Positions 58,228 through 64,000 of a DNA stretch of 64,000 nucleotides are shown piece after piece. Location: assembly GCA_963708075.1 (NCBI GenBank), contig OY970194.1, positions 5,408,001 through 5,472,000 of the forward strand, given 5' to 3'. Below the pieces are notes generated by a model. It saw only the letters and a program-made list of their open reading frames with translations, did no database searches and was not told the DNA's origin. Source of the DNA: Sedimentisphaerales bacterium. GTDB lineage: Bacteria > Planctomycetota > Phycisphaerae > Sedimentisphaerales > Anaerobacaceae. Within the stretch, counting starts at the first letter, position 1; each line of letters begins with the position of its first letter. A program made the translations under genes and the position numbers.

Positions 58228-59479
58228 ATCTCACCGCGACATTTTTGACGAGAATCTCAAGAGGCTGCTGGAAGCCTCCCGGCAGGAGGATTCCGGCTTC
58301 CAGGCGCATCTTCTGGACGTCGTGCGCAAGGAGGTCCGCAAGGAGCGTTCCGCCATTCGCAAGAGGTGGATTTTCAGAAGTCTGATCACTGTCACCAGCG
58401 CAGCGGCGGTCATCGCGATTGCCTGGTCGGCTGTGGGTCTTCAGCCGCAGAACGTAGGCCAGTTCCAGTCCATTTATGGAATGGCCGAGCTGGTCAATAG
58501 GGGGAAATCGAAAGCGATCTCCAGCGGCGAGCCGATTCGCGCCGGCAGCCTGGTCAGTACCCTGTCGGGCAGCAAGGCCGCGATCCTGCTCAGCGACGGA
58601 AGCAGACTCACCTTGGCGCCTCGCACAACTGTGAAGATGGGCGATGGAAGGCAAGGCCCGCTCGTAGAGCTGAAGATAGGAGCCGTAGGCGTCGAGGCGG
58701 CCAAGCAGCGGGCTGGCAGAAAGCTGATGATCAAGACCCCTGGCTCGCGGATCACTACGCTGGGTACTGTCTTTACCGTGCAACTGAGCACAAAAGCCGA
58801 TGGGACGCGGAAAACGAGAGTGGGCGTCGCGTCCGGCCTGGTCGAGTTCGAGTCCGGCGGCCAGAAAGTGCAGTTGCCGGCCCGCACGGAAGGGATCGCC
58901 GAGGAAGGACAGTCTCCTGAGAAGCGTCTGGTAAGGTTTGAGCTCAACGAGATGCTCCGACTGATCCGCGGGACCAGCGAGCTGGCCTCAGAGCTGAACA
59001 AGAAGGCGGGATCGCCCGCCATTATCCAGTGCAGGGACGGCAGCACCGCGGCAATCTGGACGGTCATCCGCCTCAATGCCTTCCGCGAAACGGCGGGAGG
59101 AGCGCGCACATTGCAGTTGAAGTCGCCTGCTACCGGGGCAAAGCTGTTCACCTTGGACGGCCGGGAGATACTCACTGAGGCTGAAGGACGCAACCTGCTG
59201 GTCAAGGCATCCGCGCTGGGCTCCGGCGCATCGCAGGAAACGCAACTGATTCTGGAGTTGCGGGATGTGAAGGGGGTGTTTCAAACCGACGAGGGCGGCA
59301 CAACCCGGCTCAGCCTGCCGGCCGGCCCATCCGACGCTGTGACGCTGCTTCAGTTCCACCTGCCTACCGAGGCGAAGATCGAGCATATCTGGCCCGAGCC
59401 GGTGGAGAGAACGAGAGTGTTGAATCGGCTGGCGATTACGGTGGCCGCCGAGATCAAAGGGCTTGAGGTTTCCGAGTAG
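58217..59479 (+). CDS. FecR-domain anti-sigma factor
   Basis: Overlaps the sigma stop; single TM; 'L.DGS.L.L', 'IKTP...ITTLGT.F.V', 'V..GLV'. Confidence 0.82.
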   Translation: MESESHRDIFDENLKRLLEASRQEDSGFQAHLLDVVRKEVRKERSAIRKRWIFRSLITVTSAAAVIAIAWSAVGLQPQNVGQFQSIYGMAELVNRGKSKAISSGEPIRAGSLVSTLSGSKAAILLSDGSRLTLAPRTTVKMGDGRQGPLVELKIGAVGVEAAKQRAGRKLMIKTPGSRITTLGTVFTVQLSTKADGTRKTRVGVASGLVEFESGGQKVQLPARTEGIAEEGQSPEKRLVRFELNEMLRLIRGTSELASELNKKAGSPAIIQCRDGSTAAIWTVIRLNAFRETAGGARTLQLKSPATGAKLFTLDGREILTEAEGRNLLVKASALGSGASQETQLILELRDVKGVFQTDEGGTTRLSLPAGPSDAVTLLQFHLPTEAKIEHIWPEPVERTRVLNRLAITVAAEIKGLEVSE

Positions 59480-59511
59480 AACTTCTTATGAGGAAAGGCG
59501 AGGTGAGCATT

Positions 59512-61425
59512 ATGTGGCGCAGAGAGTCTGTGAGCATTTTGACGTGTATTTTGATGGCTTGTCCGGCGGTCGTCCACGCGGGGGGCGCTGGTGGTGGAAA
59601 TGGAGTGGACCTGCAGTTCTCCCTGAACGCGGATCCGGTTACCGTCACGGTCTCGGGGAAGGTGACCAGTAAAAGGACCGGCCAGCCCATCCCCGATGCG
59701 CTCGTGCGGGGGCACGTTCTCCTCTGGAAGCACCAAGGTCCGGAGCTGTACGAGAAGGCTCACTACCTGGAGACAAGGACGGATGCGCAAGGGCTGTACA
59801 CGCTGGAGTTCGTCACGGCGTTGACTACGTCCGGTGGGATGAAGGGAAAGGACAGTCTGTGTGTAGATGTCGCAGCGCCCGGGTATGAGACCCTGCCGGA
59901 ATACGCAAAGCCCTACGTGACTCCTGAGAACGCCAGGTACGACAACTTCGATTTTGCCCTGGACGAGGGCCAGCGGATCTCCGGTGTCGTGGTGGACCAG
60001 GACGGCCATCTCGTCGAGGGCGCTGTCGTTAAGCTCCAGGGCGGCGAGAATGGAGACTGGGATTTCTTCGGTGCGACAGGGCAGACGAGGACCGACGCCA
60101 CGGGCAAGTTCGAGCTGTGGATCAGCAAGGCCCGCGGCCGCTGGCTGAACGTCACCAAACAGGGCTACGGCACCTCCTTCTTCTGGGATTACCTGGAGAA
60201 GGGCGACATGGGAACCTTGACCCTCATGCGTGGCGGCAGCATCAAGGGCAGGGTCCTTGGTCGGGATGGCAAAGGGCTGGCCAACTGCGAGGTGTCCGTG
60301 CGGGGATACCCCTGCGGGCTGATCGACACGGTCCTCACGGACAGCGAAGGCAATTACGTCCTTCAGGGCGTGCCGGGCGATCCAAGCCTTGTCGAGTTCT
60401 ATAAGATGAAGAATGGGCCGAGGGACGCGGAGGAGTACGCCCAATGCGAGGTCCACGTGCGTCTCGATCCGGATGCACCGCTGACGAGCTTTCCGACGTA
60501 CAAGATCCTGGCGAAGGATGGCGAGACTATCATAGGCCCGGGTCTGACCGGCGGCGCCAATACGACGGTCTCCGGCGGCCTGATCGCTTCGAATCATACC
60601 TATGGCCTTGGCGGATTGCTTGTTCGGCTGGACGGTGACTGGGGCAACATGGTCGAGGCCGACGCCGATGGTAACTTTCAATTCCCGTTCGTCTCGCCGG
60701 GCCAGCATCGCCTGACCGCCTACCTCCCGCATAACCTGCGGTATGACCGCGGGATCGGACATGTAGACGTCGAGGTCGAGCCGGGCAAAGCACTTGCCGG
60801 CGTGCAAATCCAGTTGGCCGATCTTGCCGAGGTGCGGGTGCAATATCTCGATGCCGACGGCAATCCGCTGGAGGGCATCGCGGCAGGCGCCACGTGGTCG
60901 CAAGACGGCTCCGGCCTCTGGACTGAAGGGACAACTTCGGGCAAAGACGGTTGGGCCGTCCTCTACCTGTACCCTGATGAGACCCAATATGTCCGCGGCT
61001 TTGATTTCGGTACGGGGACGCTCGTCGCCGAGGCATCGGAGAAGGTTGATCCGAAAGCGGGACAGATTCTCGACAGCCTGCGGATCACCATGCTCCCCTG
61101 TGCCAATGTTCACGGCAAGCTCGTGGAGGGTCACGGCATGCCTCTGGCTGAGAAGATCGCCCTGTGCACGCTGACCTTCGCGGACGGTACGCAACGGAGG
61201 GACAGTGTCAGAACCGACACGGAGGGCCGCTTCAATCTACGCAGGCTCACGCCGGGGTTCGCGACACTGTCTGTGGAGATGGATTCCATCTTCTTCCAGG
61301 ATGTGATCGCTGAGCCGTTCGAGCTCAAACCCGGTCAAACGCGGGATTTGGGCGTCATCACGCTCAAGGGCGGCCGGCCAGGAGCAGGATCGGGCGGAAG
61401 CGGAAGTGGCATCAGATCTCCGTGA
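59512..61425 (+). CDS. Secreted carboxypeptidase-regulatory-like repeat protein
   Basis: Signal peptide; repeated 'G.V.D.DG.P..GA.V...TD..G.F/Y' units. Confidence 0.8.
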   Translation: MWRRESVSILTCILMACPAVVHAGGAGGGNGVDLQFSLNADPVTVTVSGKVTSKRTGQPIPDALVRGHVLLWKHQGPELYEKAHYLETRTDAQGLYTLEFVTALTTSGGMKGKDSLCVDVAAPGYETLPEYAKPYVTPENARYDNFDFALDEGQRISGVVVDQDGHLVEGAVVKLQGGENGDWDFFGATGQTRTDATGKFELWISKARGRWLNVTKQGYGTSFFWDYLEKGDMGTLTLMRGGSIKGRVLGRDGKGLANCEVSVRGYPCGLIDTVLTDSEGNYVLQGVPGDPSLVEFYKMKNGPRDAEEYAQCEVHVRLDPDAPLTSFPTYKILAKDGETIIGPGLTGGANTTVSGGLIASNHTYGLGGLLVRLDGDWGNMVEADADGNFQFPFVSPGQHRLTAYLPHNLRYDRGIGHVDVEVEPGKALAGVQIQLADLAEVRVQYLDADGNPLEGIAAGATWSQDGSGLWTEGTTSGKDGWAVLYLYPDETQYVRGFDFGTGTLVAEASEKVDPKAGQILDSLRITMLPCANVHGKLVEGHGMPLAEKIALCTLTFADGTQRRDSVRTDTEGRFNLRRLTPGFATLSVEMDSIFFQDVIAEPFELKPGQTRDLGVITLKGGRPGAGSGGSGSGIRSP

Positions 61426-61876
61426 TCATGAGGATGCCGTCGAGGCCGCGGCCGTAGTAGTTAGGCAGCTTGCGGACTTCGCGGAACCCGCGGCTCTTGA
61501 AGAAGGCGATGCCGGCGTCGTTGGGAGTGGCGACCTCAAGAGCGAGCGTGCTGCAGCCGTGCTGCCGGGCCACCTGGACCAGGGCATCGAGAAGCTGATG
61601 ACCGATTCCCTGACTGCGGTGCTCCGGCAGCACGGCGATGCTGTCGATGTGCAGGACCGCCCCGGCTCGCGGGCGGCGCACCACGGCGGCCGTGTAACCC
61701 ACGACGTGCTCGTTGGGAGTCGCCACAAAGAGGATACAGTTGGGGCCGTACAGATAGTAGAGGAACTCCTCTACGCCGAACTTGTACTGGCCATAGTAAT
61801 AGATACTGAAGCACTCGTCCTCAATCACGAGCAGGTCGTCGATATCGGCCTCATCGCCCCGGCGAATCTGCGTCAT
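61412..61876 (-). CDS. GNAT N-acetyltransferase (RimI-like)
   Basis: 'IAVLPEHRSQGIG', 'LEV...N..GIAFF...GF', 'PNYY'. Confidence 0.88.
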   Translation of the reverse strand: MTQIRRGDEADIDDLLVIEDECFSIYYYGQYKFGVEEFLYYLYGPNCILFVATPNEHVVGYTAAVVRRPRAGAVLHIDSIAVLPEHRSQGIGHQLLDALVQVARQHGCSTLALEVATPNDAGIAFFKSRGFREVRKLPNYYGRGLDGILMITEI

Positions 61877-61902
61877 TGTCTCATCTCAATAGGGCGAGGC
61901 TC

Positions 61903-63648
61903 TCATCGTTTGAATACGAGTCGGCCGTTGAGGTAGGTTCGCAGGACCTGGGTATCCTTGATCGCGTCCTCGGGACACGTGAGCAGATCGGTATCCAGGA
62001 CGATCAAGTCGGCGAATTTGCCGGGTTCGAGCGAGCCGGCGTATTCCTCCTGGAACAGGGCCTGGGCACAGCAGATCGTGTAGAATCGGATGGCCTGTTC
62101 GCGGCTGATCGCCTCTTCCGGGTGCAGTTGCCCGTCGTACCACTTGGCCTGGCGGGTGACAGCGGTCCCCATGGCGAGGAATGGATTGTACGGATTGTTG
62201 GAGCGGAGGGAGCCGACTTTCTGCATGTGATCGGACCCACCGGCCGCAATTCCGCCGGCAAGGAAAATACTACGCAGTGGCTGGAAGTAGCGCAGCCGGT
62301 CATAACCGAAGTGCATTTTCAGGGTCCGGGCATCGAGGTACAGCCACGCCGGCTGAATCAGCGGGATCACGCCGAGGCTTGAGACCTTGTCGATGGACTC
62401 GGGGCTCATGAAATTCGAGTGCGTGATGCAGTGGCGCACCTCCCGGATCGGCGTCGTTCGGTTGATCTCCTCATAGACATCGAGCAGGGCATTGACGGCC
62501 CCGTCGCCAACCGTATGGGCCGTATATTGCAGCCCGCACTCGGTGGCCGTCCGCACAATGGGCAGGAGCCGGTCCTTCGGGATGAACAGGACGCCCCGAT
62601 AGTTCGGGTCGTCGATAGCGTAGATCTTGCTGACGCCCCAGGGCTCTCTCATGTAGGCGCTGCCGGTGAGCATGCCGCCGTCCAGGAAGTTTTTGACTCC
62701 GATAATGCGGAGCATGGGCCCGCCCTTGCGCAGGGGGTGCTGGGCAACCTTCCGGATATTGTCCTGGATATGATTTATCGGACCGATCGTATCGATGTAA
62801 TACTGGGCTGCTACGCGGACCGGCAGATCGTCGCTTTCGAGCATCTTCTTGTATAGTTGCAGATTCCCCTCGCTGGCCGCACCCTCGCAGATGCCGGTGA
62901 TGCCGGCGGAACTGTAGTCCTTCAACAGGGTGAGCAACCTGTCATAGCGGTCTTGCTCGGTGGCCGTTTTGCCTGATGAGTGGCTCTCGATATAGCGATT
63001 GCAGCCGCGCAGGATGCCCGTGGGCTCGCCCGTCTTCGGGTCTTTTTCCGCATAACCCGGGCCGCCGTCGGTGACGCGGAAGTCCTTGTCGATGTGGCTG
63101 AGCTTCAGCGCCAGTGTGCTGAGCGAGGCGTCGGGCCCGGTGCGAAAAACGGCCGGGTTCTGCGGGGCCACCGCGTCCAACTCCTGTCGCGTCGGGTAGC
63201 GCTGCTCGCGGAGGCGCGTAATGAAGACTTGCTGCAGGACGATCCACTGCCCATCTTCCAGGACCTTGGCCCGGCCCTTGAAATAGTTCAGGACATCCGT
63301 GACGGAGTCCATCTGCGGGATGGGATGATCGAACTCGGTCATGGCAGCGTCGCAGGCGTGGACGTGGGTATCGATCAGGCCGGGCAGGACCATCCTGCCT
63401 TTCAGGTCCAGCAGCTCCGTTCCGGCTGTCTTCATGCGCAGGATTTCCTCGTTGCCGCCGACCGCCACGATGCGGCTGCCCCTGACCGCTATCGCCTGGA
63501 CGACGGAGAAGCCGGGATCGACCGTGACGATCCTGCCGTTATGAAGAATCAAGGTAATATCGGACTCACCGGCAAAGGCTACCGACGCGAGGACCATCGA
63601 CAACAGTGCCACCCTGACGCACGAGCGGCCAATGAACGCATTTTTCAT
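61903..63648 (-). CDS. Secreted amidohydrolase (Amidohydro_3/YtcJ-like)
   Basis: 'PGLIDTHVH', 'KNFLDGG', 'AHTVGD.A', 'ITH', 'GSD', 'GSLEPGKFADLIVLD'. Confidence 0.92.
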   Translation of the reverse strand: MKNAFIGRSCVRVALLSMVLASVAFAGESDITLILHNGRIVTVDPGFSVVQAIAVRGSRIVAVGGNEEILRMKTAGTELLDLKGRMVLPGLIDTHVHACDAAMTEFDHPIPQMDSVTDVLNYFKGRAKVLEDGQWIVLQQVFITRLREQRYPTRQELDAVAPQNPAVFRTGPDASLSTLALKLSHIDKDFRVTDGGPGYAEKDPKTGEPTGILRGCNRYIESHSSGKTATEQDRYDRLLTLLKDYSSAGITGICEGAASEGNLQLYKKMLESDDLPVRVAAQYYIDTIGPINHIQDNIRKVAQHPLRKGGPMLRIIGVKNFLDGGMLTGSAYMREPWGVSKIYAIDDPNYRGVLFIPKDRLLPIVRTATECGLQYTAHTVGDGAVNALLDVYEEINRTTPIREVRHCITHSNFMSPESIDKVSSLGVIPLIQPAWLYLDARTLKMHFGYDRLRYFQPLRSIFLAGGIAAGGSDHMQKVGSLRSNNPYNPFLAMGTAVTRQAKWYDGQLHPEEAISREQAIRFYTICCAQALFQEEYAGSLEPGKFADLIVLDTDLLTCPEDAIKDTQVLRTYLNGRLVFKR

Positions 63649-63669
63649 ACTTTGGCTCCCGAACCAATT

Positions 63670-63748
63670 GGGTGCTATGCTTACGCTCGCATAAGCATGT
63701 CTTGCCCATCGAATCGAACATGTCTACGCAAGCGTAGACATGGCACCC
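63670..63748. repeat. GGGTGC(C/T)A-type REP-like inverted doublet
   Basis: Near-identical to 338-416. Confidence 0.85.
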
Positions 63749-64000
63749 GGCGCGGTGCCCGCAGGACATTGCACACCATGCACCGGGCCATGTCAATCCT
63801 GCAATCTGTGCCAAGTCCGTTATAGGTCCACACGTCGCGTTCCACCAATCCCCCCTTGACATTGGGGGGATGAATGGTCCCGAAATGCCTAAAGTCGCGT
63901 CCGGAACGGCCGAAAGAAGGGGAACGGGTCCGTTGTCTCGTCATGCGCGATGCCTGGGTGTCACGCACCGCGCACGGCGACCGGACAAGTATTAGGAGTG

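Noticed and set aside
59350..61194. 614-aa minus-strand ORF (likewise 53169..54737 + and 43542..44789 +)
   Set aside because: Antisense shadows of recognisable genes
63849..63871. C-run/G-run hairpin containing TTGACA
   Set aside because: No consensus -10 at the right spacing and the downstream gene is outside the window, so it cannot be called a promoter or terminator
1..64000. tRNA, rRNA, prophage or integrase genes
   Set aside because: No cloverleaf or rRNA signatures, phage structural genes or recombinase motifs recognised

Overview
GC-rich bacterial chromosome window. Gene content (HTH-REC regulator 'MKDLFTTGEAADICRVSQQT', MoxR-DUF58-BatA-DUF4159 operon, ECF sigma/FecR/carboxypeptidase-regulatory triad, many Tat-exported sugar enzymes) suggests a planctomycete, probably Phycisphaerae (inference). 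In order it holds: the 3' end of gyrA; holA; a 2.7-kb patch of nuclease/transposase genes (truncated GIY-YIG, truncated Y1/HUH transposase, damaged HNH-AP2, intact RAYT with its REPs); a carbohydrate cluster including a ~1530-aa three-catalytic-domain CAZyme; a secreted PEP-utiliser-like protein; an HDOD histidine kinase and response regulator; a 7-gene MoxR operon; an AT-richer island with an anti-phage dCTP deaminase (Dcd/AvcD-like), an overlapping small ORF and a promoter inside an inverted repeat; an M16 peptidase; lipid-related genes; an orphan PD-(D/E)XK nuclease; a GH106-like glycosidase; an atypical sirtuin; a GT2; an ECF/anti-sigma cluster; a GNAT; and an amidohydrolase. Intergenic DNA carries several palindromic repeat families (GTAG-type REPs, GGGTG(G/C)CA doublets, TGTCAT...ATGACA elements, 9-bp inverted arrays), some nested and some inside CDSs. 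At least seven single-base frameshifts in otherwise intact genes suggest assembly indel errors. No rRNA, tRNA or CRISPR array was seen. All family calls come from motif recognition by eye; no database searches were run.
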